Assembly: GCA_030041475.1 (NCBI GenBank) | Contig: JASHNU010000074.1 | Span: 50,528-114,527, forward strand | Reading direction: 5' to 3' | From: Candidatus Sulfotelmatobacter sp. | GTDB taxonomy: Bacteria > Acidobacteriota > Terriglobia > Terriglobales > Acidobacteriaceae | Length of the DNA stretch: 64,000 bases | Shown here: positions 37,237 to 46,505 of the stretch, piece by piece | Numbering within the stretch: the first letter of the stretch is position 1 | Layout of the letters: the number at the start of each line of letters is the position of its first letter | Translations under genes and position numbers: made by a program | The notes under the pieces: generated by a model | Told to the model about the DNA's origin: nothing | What the model saw: only the letters and a program-made list of their open reading frames with translations | The model's database searches: none

Positions 37237-39488
37237 AACTTTCTGCCAATTGGATTCGCGATTTCGTTGATCTCGCCGTCGACGACCGTCGGCTGGCTGA
37301 GGATCTGACCAACGTTGGAATTTCGGTCGAAGGCATTAGCGGGACGGGTGCCGACACGGTGTTTGAAGTTGAGATCGGGACAAATCGTCCGGATGCGATG
37401 AATCATTACGGCGTGGCGCGCGAGGCGGCGGCGATTTACGACCTGCCGTTGAAGCTGACGCCGGAGTTGCCCTCAGCGGCTAAAGCCGCTTCTCTTCAAG
37501 GTGCGAGCGACGCGGGCCTGAAGGCCCGCTCTTCCACGGTTGCGCACGCGGCCTCCTCGTCGGCACGCTCTTCCACGGCTGCGAAGGCAGCATCCGCGTC
37601 GGCACGCTCTTCCACGATGAGGGATGCGTCCGGGCATGCGTCGTCCTCAGCATCGCAGGACGACGCATTTCCTATCACGGTCGAGGAGCCGGAGCTTTGC
37701 CCGCGGTTCTCGGCGCGGGTGATTCGCAACGCTCGCATCAAGCCGTCGCCGGAGAAGGTGGCGCATCGGCTGCAACTGCTCGACCAGCGGCCGATTTCGA
37801 ATGCGGTCGATGCGACGAACTATGTGCTGTGGGAGATCGGCAAGCCGACGCACGTTTTCGACATGGATCTGCTCGAGGGCAGAAAGATCGTCGTCCGCAA
37901 GGCGCGCGCCGGTGAGATTCTGAAAACGCTCGATGGTGTGGAGCGCAAGCTGACGACGGAAGATCTGGTTGTTTGCGATGCGAAGAAGCCTGTCGGGCTG
38001 GCCGGAGTGATGGGCGGCTATGACACGATGATCACGGAAAAGACGCGGAACATCGTAATCGAGTCGGCGTGGTGGGATCCGCTGACCATCCGGAAAATGT
38101 CGCGGCGCCACGGACTGCACACCGACGCTTCGCATCGCTTCGAGCGAGGTGCGGATTTCGAATCGTGCCCGCTGTCATGCGATCTGGTGGCGGAGCTGAT
38201 TGTGAAATCGGGCGGCGGGGAACTTATCGGCGGCGTGGTCGATGTCGTTTCGAAGCGCATGGAGCAGGCTCCCGTGGTGCTGCACGTCTCGGAGGTGCGG
38301 CGGATTTTAGGCCGCGATGTGGACGGCCGCTATCTCGATGCCGGACAGATTTTCCGCCTGCTGAAGCGGCTTGGATTCGCGCTGGTTCCCGAGGGTCAGG
38401 ACGAAGAAAAGTTTCGCGTGCATATTCCCAGCTGGCGCCTCGATGTGGAGCGCGAGATTGATGTGATCGAGGAAGTCGCGCGGCTGTATGGCTATAACAA
38501 GTTCGCGAACACGCTGCCGGCCTATAGTGGAGCGGTGGTGGAGCTGCCGCATGCGGCGATGGATGCGGCGTTCCGCCAGCGCGCGCTGGCACTGGGATAT
38601 AACGAGGCGATTTCGCTGACGTTCATTTCGCACGCGGATGCCGAGGAATTTTCAGGGCGCGCAAAAGTGCTGGAGCTGGAGAATCCGCTCAGCGAAGAAG
38701 CCAGCGTGATGCGCACTTCGCTTGTGCCCGGCATGCTGGGCATGCTGGCGTGGAATTTGAATCGTGATGTGGCCGAGGCGCGGCTCTTTGAAATGGGCAG
38801 CGGGTATGAGTACGTGGACGGCGAGCGCCTGGAGCCGCGGCGTGTCTGTCTGGGCGCGACAGCAGCAGCGGTGCGGAGCGCGTTGCCGGCGGGCGGGGCT
38901 TTGGACGTCAGCAAAGGCGAGCAGGCGGCGGCAGCGGAGGCGTTCCGCGGGTTCAAGGGCGACGTGGAGAATTTGCTGGCTGCATTTGCAAGTGAAGTTA
39001 CGTACGACCGGGAAACGCCGGAGTATTTTCATCCCAGACGTTCGGCGCGGGCGCGGGTGAATGATGCGGTGGTGGCCCAGTTTGGGCAGATTCATCCCGA
39101 CGTAGCTGTGGCACGCAAGCTGCGTCAGGACGTGTTTCTCGCGGAATTCGATCTGGAACAGTTGCACAAAGTGGGCCTGCGGCCAGTGCACTTTGCGCCG
39201 CTCCCAAAATACCCGGCGGTGGAACGGGATTTCTCGTTCGTTTTCGCCGATCATGTTTCATTCGAGCAAATCAAGAGGGCAGTTGAGGCGCTGGGAGTCG
39301 TCGAATTGAGCGAGTTCCGTCCAGTGGAGATTTTCCGCGGTCCAGCGATTGGAGCCGGAAAATATTCAGTTTTGCTGCGAGTGAAGTTTCAGTCTGACGA
39401 GCGAACACTCCGCGACGACGAGGTAGCCTTGTGGTCGGCGAAGATTGTGGAAGCGCTGACCAAGCTTGGTGGAATGCAGAGAGCATGA
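37233..39488 (+). CDS. pheT: Phenylalanine-tRNA ligase beta subunit (no EMAP/tRNA-binding domain; carries a repeat-derived insertion)
   Basis: 751 aa: MKLSANWIRDFVDL, EIGTNRPDAMNHYGVAREAAA, the B3/4 region NAVDATNYVLWEIGKPTHVFD, B5, the catalytic-like domain and the C-terminal FDX-ACB (YPAVERDFSF). Confidence 0.92.
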   Translation: MKLSANWIRDFVDLAVDDRRLAEDLTNVGISVEGISGTGADTVFEVEIGTNRPDAMNHYGVAREAAAIYDLPLKLTPELPSAAKAASLQGASDAGLKARSSTVAHAASSSARSSTAAKAASASARSSTMRDASGHASSSASQDDAFPITVEEPELCPRFSARVIRNARIKPSPEKVAHRLQLLDQRPISNAVDATNYVLWEIGKPTHVFDMDLLEGRKIVVRKARAGEILKTLDGVERKLTTEDLVVCDAKKPVGLAGVMGGYDTMITEKTRNIVIESAWWDPLTIRKMSRRHGLHTDASHRFERGADFESCPLSCDLVAELIVKSGGGELIGGVVDVVSKRMEQAPVVLHVSEVRRILGRDVDGRYLDAGQIFRLLKRLGFALVPEGQDEEKFRVHIPSWRLDVEREIDVIEEVARLYGYNKFANTLPAYSGAVVELPHAAMDAAFRQRALALGYNEAISLTFISHADAEEFSGRAKVLELENPLSEEASVMRTSLVPGMLGMLAWNLNRDVAEARLFEMGSGYEYVDGERLEPRRVCLGATAAAVRSALPAGGALDVSKGEQAAAAEAFRGFKGDVENLLAAFASEVTYDRETPEYFHPRRSARARVNDAVVAQFGQIHPDVAVARKLRQDVFLAEFDLEQLHKVGLRPVHFAPLPKYPAVERDFSFVFADHVSFEQIKRAVEALGVVELSEFRPVEIFRGPAIGAGKYSVLLRVKFQSDERTLRDDEVALWSAKIVEALTKLGGMQRA
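37470..37661 (+). repeat. Family B REP-like element plus three tandem 39-bp units, in frame inside pheT
   Basis: 37470..37551 matches the intergenic copy at 33452..33530. The 12-mer cgctcttccacg recurs at 37527, 37566 and 37605 (39-nt period). The region is translated as ARSSTVAHAASSS / ARSSTAAKAASAS / ARSSTMRDASGHA. Confidence 0.8.
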
Positions 39489-39604
39489 CTCGGAGTCCCC
39501 ACCCTGTCGCAAAAGGCGCGACAAGGGTGGGGCAACTGGCAGCGGGAAATACTTCTTCCAGAGTGCGTGCTGGGTTTATCATTCCCTCGCCCAAGGAGGG
39601 GAAA

Positions 39605-40480
39605 ATGGCGTCCTCGCGTCGACAAGTTCTCACCTACCTTGTTCTCGTCTTTCTGTTCTCTTCCTGTTTTTACTTTCTAATCATTTATTCGAAGCATCTG
39701 AGCGCCGGTGCTGGACATTACGTTTTTGGCATTATGTGGTGCCCGGCGCTGGCGGCATTCGCCACGCTCAAGCTGAATGGCCGAAGCCTGGGCGATCTCG
39801 GCTGGAAGTGGCCGACTGCGAACTATGCGCTAATGAGCTGGTATGTGCCGCTGACCTATGCGGCGATTGCATACGCGGTCGTGTGGGCAAGCGGGCTTGG
39901 CGGATTTCCCAACCGCGATTTCATTGCGACGCTGGCGGCGCGCATGGGCTTGCGCACCACACCAGCAGTATCGACGGTTGTGTATGTCTTGCTGGCCGGA
40001 AGTTTTGGCATGGTGCGCAGTCTTTCGAGCGCGCTGGGAGAGGAAATCGGGTGGCGCGGCTTCCTGGTCCCTGAACTGTCGAAGACGGTGAGCTTCACGG
40101 GGACGGCTCTCATCAGCGGTCTCGTATGGTCGCTGTGGCACTATCCCATCTTGATTTTTGCCGATTACAACGCCGGCACCGCGACCTGGTACGCGCTGAG
40201 CTGCTTCACGGTCATGGTCGTCTCCATTTCGTTCGTGTTTGCGTGGCTGCGGTTGAAGTCGGGCAGCCTGTGGACAGGTGCACTGCTGCATGCCAGTCAC
40301 AATCTCTACGTGCAAGCCATCTTCACCCCGCTGACGAAAGATACCGGGAAGACGGCGTGGTACATCGATGAGTTCGGCGCGGTTCTTCCTTTGGTGGCGC
40401 TGGCGTTTGGCATCTATTTCTGGACGCGACGAGGAGAGCTGGCCGCCCTGCGACAGACGTTGAGCCCGGCTGCCGATTAA
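39605..40480 (+). CDS. CPBP-family (CAAX/Abi) intramembrane glutamic protease
   Basis: The internal ATG of track ORF 39431.. gives a polytopic membrane protein with the signature motifs EEIGWRGF, SLWHYP and LLHASHN. Confidence 0.8.
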   Translation: MASSRRQVLTYLVLVFLFSSCFYFLIIYSKHLSAGAGHYVFGIMWCPALAAFATLKLNGRSLGDLGWKWPTANYALMSWYVPLTYAAIAYAVVWASGLGGFPNRDFIATLAARMGLRTTPAVSTVVYVLLAGSFGMVRSLSSALGEEIGWRGFLVPELSKTVSFTGTALISGLVWSLWHYPILIFADYNAGTATWYALSCFTVMVVSISFVFAWLRLKSGSLWTGALLHASHNLYVQAIFTPLTKDTGKTAWYIDEFGAVLPLVALAFGIYFWTRRGELAALRQTLSPAAD

Positions 40481-40608
40481 ATTGAAGACGATCCGGCGTT
40501 CTTTCTGAGCGAGTTCTTATTCTCCTCGAATGCAGTCGTAATTTCTGCGGAATCGGTTCGGCCCAAACGTCCTTCACGCTTTTAGATTGGCTGCCGATAT
40601 TAGAAAAC

Positions 40609-41868
40609 GTGGGAAACGTTTCTGCTGGACAAGCGGCGGCACAAGCACCCGCGAACGCAGCCAAACCCCTGCGCTACGTGGCGCGGCAGCCCATCTTCGA
40701 CCGCGAAGAAAAAGTATTCGGATACGAACTGCTGTTTCGCGACGGGCTGGAGAATGCGTTCACCGGCGACTCGGATGAGGCGTCGCGGGCGACGCTGGAT
40801 CGCTCGCTGCTGATGGGGCTGGACGTGTTGTGCGACGGGCGGCGCGCCTTCGTGAATTGCACCCGCGACACCCTGACCAAGGGGTTGGTCATGCTGTTGC
40901 CCTCAACGACGACCGTTGTGGAAGTGCTGGAAAACGTGCCAGCGGATTCGGAAGTGATCGCTGCTTGCCAAAGCCTGAAGGAAGCTGGGTACCTGGTCGC
41001 GCTCGATGACTATGTGGCGGATGATCAGCGGGAAGCGCTGGCCGAAATCGCCGACATCATTAAGGTGGACATTCAGCTGACCACCGAGGAACAGAGATCG
41101 GATCTGATCGGGCGCTACGGGCCGTGGCGTTGCCGGATGCTGGCGGAGAAGATCGAAACGCAAACCGATTTTCAGCGGGCGCGTGAGCAGGGATTCGTGT
41201 ATTTCCAGGGGTACTTCTTCCGCCGTCCGGAAATGATGAACACGCGCGACCTTCCGGCGAACCGGCTGCACTTTCTGAAGATGCTGCATGAGGTGTCACA
41301 GCCCGAGCTGAATGTGGCCGGGCTGGAGAAGCTGATCAAGTCGGAAGCATCGGTATGCTACCGGCTGCTGCGCTATCTGAATTCCGCGGTGTTTGGGCTG
41401 AAGAACGAGATCCATTCGGTGAGGCATGCATTATCGATGCTGGGCGAGCGGGAGGTGCGGCGCTGGGTGCGCCTAGTGGCCGCGGTGGGCGCAGGGCAGG
41501 AGAAAAGCAGCGATCTGGTGTTGTCAGCGCTGGTGCGGGGGCGCTTCGGTGAATTGCTGGCGCCGCGCGTGCCGCACGGAGAATCGGATTTGTTTCTGCT
41601 GGGGCTATTGTCGCTGATCGATGCCATGCTGGAAGTGCCGATGTCGGAAGTGCTGGAGAAAATTCCACTCGATCTTGAAACCAAGGCCGTGCTGCTGGGC
41701 CAGCCCAGCGTTCTGCGCCCCGTCTACCAGCTGATGCTGGCGCATGAAAGCGGCGAGTGGGATGCCGCGTCGAACCTGTGTCAGAGTCTGCGGCTGAACT
41801 CCGAAGAAGTGGCCAGCTGGTACTGGCAGGCACAGCAATGGGCGCGCCAGGTCTCGGCCGGGATTTGA
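40609..41868 (+). CDS. EAL-domain (c-di-GMP phosphodiesterase-type) plus HDOD-domain protein
   Basis: 419 aa. EAL blocks are QPIFD...GYELLFR, EVLE, ALDDY, IKVD, AEKIET and QGYFF. A C-terminal HDOD-like helical domain follows (LLRYLNSAVFGL, ALSMLG). Confidence 0.8.
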   Translation: MGNVSAGQAAAQAPANAAKPLRYVARQPIFDREEKVFGYELLFRDGLENAFTGDSDEASRATLDRSLLMGLDVLCDGRRAFVNCTRDTLTKGLVMLLPSTTTVVEVLENVPADSEVIAACQSLKEAGYLVALDDYVADDQREALAEIADIIKVDIQLTTEEQRSDLIGRYGPWRCRMLAEKIETQTDFQRAREQGFVYFQGYFFRRPEMMNTRDLPANRLHFLKMLHEVSQPELNVAGLEKLIKSEASVCYRLLRYLNSAVFGLKNEIHSVRHALSMLGEREVRRWVRLVAAVGAGQEKSSDLVLSALVRGRFGELLAPRVPHGESDLFLLGLLSLIDAMLEVPMSEVLEKIPLDLETKAVLLGQPSVLRPVYQLMLAHESGEWDAASNLCQSLRLNSEEVASWYWQAQQWARQVSAGI

Positions 41869-42271
41869 GCTTGTCGCCTGTAGCGGCGAATAACCGCGAA
41901 AAATCTTTCAGTCATGTCCTCCTGTGCAAAAGACGGGCGGGAGGGGGCCTTGCGCCGCGAGGCGGGTACGAGTACCATAACTGTGTTCTCATTTGTTAGG
42001 CCTCGTTCCCGCGCAGGCCTTCCGCGCCAGCCGTTCCGAGGCGGCGCCCACGGATCCGATAAACGGAAAACCGAAACTGAATGCGTAATTTCGTTCTCTA
42101 GTAATCAGGGTACGTTCAGGGATTGGGGTTCGTTTCAGCGTGTGTCCAGCCGCAAGTACGCAGACCGTATGGGAAGTTGTGCTTCCCGCTCGTCGCTGAA
42201 ACCACGCGTGTCAAGCAGGCCTTGCCGATACAAAAGAATTTGTTCGCAGCTTCGAACAGCTTGAGAGGACT

Positions 42272-42925
42272 ATGAACGCAGGACCAGGGAAAGCCTCCGG
42301 AGGCGGAGGAAGAAGGCGGCGGCGCGGACGCCGGCCGCACAATCAGAGACACGGCCACGGACAGAATCGCCAGAACCCGGACGGAATCTATACCGCTCCA
42401 ATGGACCACAGCTATCGCGCGGCCCTTGCCGGAGACAACAACAACGGCCGCGGCGGCCGCCACCGGCCGGGGTTTGCACCGCAATACCCGCAGCCGGAGC
42501 CGGAACCATTGCCGGCGGGCGAGGACGCCAACTCGCGGATCTTTGCCTTTGTTGAAGACTTATTCTTCCTGGCGAAAATTCAGGAGACCGCGCGCAAACT
42601 CAACGTGAAGGTTGAGTTCGTGAAGAACGACAAGGATTGGGCGGAGAAGATGGAGCAGAACGGCGAAGACAAGCCGTCTCTGATCATTTTCGATTTGAAC
42701 AATAACGGCGCCAAGCCGCTCACGCTGATCCCGAAGCTGAAGAGCAAACTGAAGAAAGGCACGTCAATTATCGGATTCCTGTCTCATGTGCAAGGCGACC
42801 TGAAGCAGAAAGCGCACGAGGTAGGATGCGATATGGTGCTGCCGCGGTCAGCGTTCTCCCAGAACCTGCCGCAACTGCTGCGGCGCCACGGCGCACCGGA
42901 AGGTCAGGAACCGACGGTTCAGTAG
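42272..42925 (+). CDS. Protein with Arg/Gly-rich disordered N-terminus and CheY-like receiver-type C-terminal domain
   Basis: 217 aa. The N-terminus is GGGGRRRRRGRRPHNQRHGHGQNRQN. The C-terminal fold resembles a receiver domain (IFAFVEDLFF, SLIIFDLNN, IIGFLSH, VLPRSAF). Function is unknown. Confidence 0.6.
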   Translation: MNAGPGKASGGGGRRRRRGRRPHNQRHGHGQNRQNPDGIYTAPMDHSYRAALAGDNNNGRGGRHRPGFAPQYPQPEPEPLPAGEDANSRIFAFVEDLFFLAKIQETARKLNVKVEFVKNDKDWAEKMEQNGEDKPSLIIFDLNNNGAKPLTLIPKLKSKLKKGTSIIGFLSHVQGDLKQKAHEVGCDMVLPRSAFSQNLPQLLRRHGAPEGQEPTVQ

Positions 42926-42971
42926 CCGGGTTTCCAACAGCCAATTCTGCCTGCTCGAGCTGGACCGTGCT

Positions 42972-44438
42972 CTACTTTGCGGCAGCGGTTAAAACTGCCG
43001 GGTCAATCTCCACAATCAGCCTGTAGGGCACCTTGGGCGGTGCGGGAAATGGTGTCTCTTTCTTGAGATGTGCCGCATAGATTCCCTTCATCATGCACAT
43101 GGCGAAGGCATTGGGCTGCCTTTCGGTGTGAGCGTCATTAGCCTCACCATGCTCGCCTACTTCGACAAAAAACTCGAACTTCGACGGATCGCTATTGATC
43201 TCGTTGGTGCAGGGCTGCTCAAAGGCGGCTAACTTGGGATCGAAGGCCATGCGGTAGGCCTTGCCTTCGGCGGTCTTCATGTTGGCCTCGGCTTCAGCGC
43301 GAAAGGCACGCGCCTTTAGCTGGAAGGGAGCGAACTGGGCAGCGATGGTACGCTGCCCCTGGAAGAAGCCCTCCGAGACCCACTTATCTTCGTTCCATTC
43401 GTTTCCGATGCGTTTGAAAGCGGAGTCCGCATCGACCCAGTCCTGCGACTTCGTCGCCATGAGGGCGTAGGAATTCACCATTACCATGGACGGGCCGTAT
43501 TTCTTTTCGAGAGCGGCGAATCCCTTCTGTGCGCGTGGCCAGGAGAAGTGGCTGAACTCACGATCATCCTGGCAAGCACAGACAATCACGTCGGCGATCA
43601 AGAAGTAAAGAGTGTCGCCGGCATCGCCCCCAACGTTGTTGGCGGCTTCTTCGGCGAAGCGCGCGGCGTCGCCTTCCTTCCCGCTCCACTTAGGCTGCAA
43701 GTATTCGGCGAAGGTCCGGTAGTAGTACTGGTAGTCCGGTTCGAATGCGACCGCCCTTTCGTAGAGCGCTCTGGCCTGGGCGACGTTCCAGCCCTGTGCC
43801 TGAGCGACCTCTTGCATAGCGAAGTACCAGTCGGGGCACTTGCGCGCCGTTTCGGAGGCGGCATCGAGGATCGCTTTCGCTCTCGCGGCGCGCTCGCTCA
43901 GGAGCTTCCACCCGCTTTCGCTGACATTGTCCGAGTATCCATTGCCGCGGGCGTCCCAGCCGTACTGGACGTATGACTCGGCCAGGGCGATGCGGGCCGT
44001 GACGGAATGAGGATTCTGCTTGATCCAGCGGTCCATGAGGCCAAAATGCTGGCGCCAGTCCTCCTGCGTAGGATGACCGGGCCGGGGCGAATCCAGTCCG
44101 AGGTAGATGTAGCGCAGCTTCCACGCGCCTCCGGAGAACCGGGACTTGCCCGCCCGGGCGGCGTCGGCCAGGCAGTCCAGTTCCCCGAACTTTTCTTGCT
44201 TCAGCAACTGGGCGATCGCGACGCCATACTTATACCAGGCATGAACATCGCTAGCCGGATCGAAAACGGCGTCAGAATAACCGCAGGGCGCGGCGGCTTT
44301 TGCAATCTCCTCGGCGACAGCGTCAGTGGCGTGCGAAAGAAGAAGAAACAGTACCGCAACGGTTGTACCGACAAGAGCAAATGTCCGCGGAGCACGGCGA
44401 AGACGGGTCGAAATGAGGGTGCGGGCGCGAGCAATCAT
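42972..44438 (-). CDS. Secreted/anchored helical-repeat protein (tentatively DUF4034-like)
   Basis: 488 aa with an N-terminal TM/signal (FALVGTTVAVLFLLL). The helical repeat region is ARIALAESYVQYGWDARGNGYSDNV...ALYERAVAFEPDYQYYY. The family call is tentative. Confidence 0.6.
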   Translation of the reverse strand: MIARARTLISTRLRRAPRTFALVGTTVAVLFLLLSHATDAVAEEIAKAAAPCGYSDAVFDPASDVHAWYKYGVAIAQLLKQEKFGELDCLADAARAGKSRFSGGAWKLRYIYLGLDSPRPGHPTQEDWRQHFGLMDRWIKQNPHSVTARIALAESYVQYGWDARGNGYSDNVSESGWKLLSERAARAKAILDAASETARKCPDWYFAMQEVAQAQGWNVAQARALYERAVAFEPDYQYYYRTFAEYLQPKWSGKEGDAARFAEEAANNVGGDAGDTLYFLIADVIVCACQDDREFSHFSWPRAQKGFAALEKKYGPSMVMVNSYALMATKSQDWVDADSAFKRIGNEWNEDKWVSEGFFQGQRTIAAQFAPFQLKARAFRAEAEANMKTAEGKAYRMAFDPKLAAFEQPCTNEINSDPSKFEFFVEVGEHGEANDAHTERQPNAFAMCMMKGIYAAHLKKETPFPAPPKVPYRLIVEIDPAVLTAAAK

Positions 44439-44612
44439 GGTGGTGTCCAGTCTGGACGGCAGGCCTCTCCTGAAGAGTCTGGAAACAGATTGATGCTAGC
44501 GAGGCTGGTATCGCATGTCGACGTTACCTTGGTGAAGGGGGCTGAGAATCGGCGGGAAACTAGAGCGCTGCCATCGCGTTCCCTGCCGTCGACTCGGTGG
44601 AAAGTGGAGCCC

Positions 44613-44966
44613 TCATCCCGGCGGCCAGGTGAGCGTACGTCCGCCGAGAAGGTGCACGTGCAAGTGGAATACTGACTGGCCGGCGCCCGGGCCGACGTTG
44701 AGCACAGTGCGATAACCGTTCTCGATCTTGCGCTGGCGGGCGATCAGGGCGGCAGCGAGATGGCAGCGCCCGATGATCTCGGCATCGGAAGACTGCGCTT
44801 CCTTTAATCCCGCAAAATGTTTCTTGGGAATCACGAGCACGTGAGTGGGGGCTTTGGGGGAGATGTCCTCGAAAGCGTAGACGTGTTCGTCCTCGTAAAT
44901 TCTCTTCGACGGAATCTCGCCGCGCATGATGCGGCAGAACAGGCAAGAGGCAGTTTCGTCAGGCAT
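44613..44966 (-). CDS. HIT-family (histidine triad) nucleotide hydrolase
   Basis: The internal Met of track ORF 44613..45020 gives MPDETASCLFCRIMRGEIPS...QSVFHLHVHLLGG (HxHxHxx motif). Confidence 0.88.
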   Translation of the reverse strand: MPDETASCLFCRIMRGEIPSKRIYEDEHVYAFEDISPKAPTHVLVIPKKHFAGLKEAQSSDAEIIGRCHLAAALIARQRKIENGYRTVLNVGPGAGQSVFHLHVHLLGGRTLTWPPG

Positions 44967-45059
44967 GATTCGAAAACGATAGCACCGCACGCGGAGGAAT
45001 GTCAGCAGAGGCGGTATCATGCTCGATGAAGTCGCCGCCGATGAGCTGAGAGGATTGCG

Positions 45060-45230
45060 TTGAACTTTCTGATTGCAGTGATGCGGGCCATTCTGATCGC
45101 CACGGGCATCACGCCGCCGACGCCTGAAAAGGAGCGCAAGGTCTTGCTGATTCTGGTTGTGATTCTTCTCGCACTCGTCGTGGGGAGCTGGCTGACGTTC
45201 GAGTATTTGGTTCCGCTATGGGCGGGATAG
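45060..45230 (+). CDS. Possible 56-aa two-TM small protein
   Basis: Hand translation from the TTG at 45060, preceded by gagagga: LNFLIAVMRAILIATGITPPTPEKERKVLLILVVILLALVVGSWLTFEYLVPLWAG. It is below the ORF-track length cutoff. Confidence 0.3.
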   Translation: MNFLIAVMRAILIATGITPPTPEKERKVLLILVVILLALVVGSWLTFEYLVPLWAG

Positions 45231-45264
45231 ATCTTGTGTTAAAGCCGCAACCCGCTGCAGCCAG

Positions 45265-46026
45265 TTAATCCAATCGCACCACAAAAACCGCGCCTTCGGG
45301 AGTTTCGGTTTCCTTGGCGAGTTGCTGGGCGCGGTCATGGTCGTCATCGAGTACGCGGACGCGAATCCACCAGTCTCCGGCGGGACTGGCGAAGCGCAGG
45401 ACTTTGGCCGTGTGGTATCGGCGGGTGAGGTGATCGGCCAGTTTCGCGGCACTGTCCTCGTCGGAGAATCCGCCGATTTGCACCGCCCACTTTCCGCCAG
45501 CATCGAGCGGAGTTGGAGACTGCATCAACTCAACTTTCACCTCAGCCACGCCGGGCTGGACAACGTCGAGTTTGCGAGCCGCAGCGAGCGAAAGATCGAC
45601 GACGCGGCCCGGGATGAACGGCCCGCGATCTGTAATGCGAACCAGCGCGCTGGAGCCGGTCTTTACGTTGGTGACGCGCAGGATCGAGCCCAGCGGAAAT
45701 GTGCGATGGGCCGCAGTCATGGCGTGCATGTTGTAGACTTCGCCGTTCGATCCGCGGCGGTTGTGATACGGCGGCCCGTACCAGCTGGCGAGCCCACTCT
45801 CGACCGCGAGGGGCTTTGTGCCGGCGGGGAGGGTCGGCTCGGCCAGTTCGGCATCTTTGTTGGAACTCGCGCGTCGTTCAGTTGCGGGCGGGATGTTTGC
45901 GGAGGTCTCGGGCTGCGCGGGCTCAGATGTCGCCGGCTGAGGAGGCGGCGGGACGTTAACATGCGCCTGTTTCGGATGTCCGCAAGCGGTGAGAAACAGA
46001 AGCGTAAGCAGGAGGATCAGGCTCAT
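45265..46026 (-). CDS. rlpA: Septal ring lytic transglycosylase RlpA-family lipoprotein with C-terminal SPOR domain
   Basis: The internal Met of track ORF 45265..46428 gives MSLILLLTLLFLTACG (lipobox). The DPBB region is GLASWYGPPYHNRRGSNGEVYN...VRITDRGPF. The SPOR-like tail is WAVQIGGFSDEDSAAKLA. Confidence 0.85.
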   Translation of the reverse strand: MSLILLLTLLFLTACGHPKQAHVNVPPPPQPATSEPAQPETSANIPPATERRASSNKDAELAEPTLPAGTKPLAVESGLASWYGPPYHNRRGSNGEVYNMHAMTAAHRTFPLGSILRVTNVKTGSSALVRITDRGPFIPGRVVDLSLAAARKLDVVQPGVAEVKVELMQSPTPLDAGGKWAVQIGGFSDEDSAAKLADHLTRRYHTAKVLRFASPAGDWWIRVRVLDDDHDRAQQLAKETETPEGAVFVVRLD

Positions 46027-46112
46027 TGCGTTAACTGCCGACGAGGGCGTGAAGCTGGCTGCTGACGAAGCGTGCCGGGCTCGAGCTTGGATGCAGTTCT
46101 GCGACGCAGAGA

Positions 46113-46334
46113 CTACTTCGTCGGATGCTGCTCCATGTAATCGGCCAAGTCTTTCAACTTTTGTGAAGCGGTGCGCAGGGCCTTGGTGGAGTGCGAGCGC
46201 ACGGCGGGAACGACCTCGTCGTTCAGGTACTTGATGAATTCGGGGATCTCTTTTTCCAGGCGTTGGGTCGCGTCGTTGATGGTCTGACTGACGCGCGCCG
46301 ATGCGTCTTCCACCTTGCGGTTGAAGTCGTTCAT
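46113..46334 (-). CDS. Small helical protein, function unknown
   Basis: 73 aa: MNDFNRKVEDASARVSQTINDATQRLEKE.... An aaggag lies 6 nt upstream of the ATG, and codon usage resembles the neighbouring genes. Confidence 0.6.
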   Translation of the reverse strand: MNDFNRKVEDASARVSQTINDATQRLEKEIPEFIKYLNDEVVPAVRSHSTKALRTASQKLKDLADYMEQHPTK

Positions 46335-46505
46335 GCTGCTCCTTGCGAGACTGTGGCGTGAGACGGCTCACGCGCGGGATGCGGATGCCAGGCCCGCCTA
46401 TTATTTCGCGGCCGGGGAGCGGGGTCAATGGCGAGCGCTGATGCCGGTGGTTCGGGATACGTTGGCCGTGGGCGTCTTTTGTACAATGCGATCTTCTGCG
46501 CTGCG

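Noticed and set aside
37524-37640. Regularly spaced 39-nt repeats that could suggest a mini CRISPR array.
   Set aside because: There are only three units and they are directly tandem with no unique spacers. They lie inside the pheT reading frame, and no cas genes are in the window.
46027-46428. N-terminal extension of about 134 codons on the rlpA ORF.
   Set aside because: It overlaps the well-formed small gene 46113..46334 in a different frame. The lipoprotein signal peptide with its lipobox starts at the Met at 46026.
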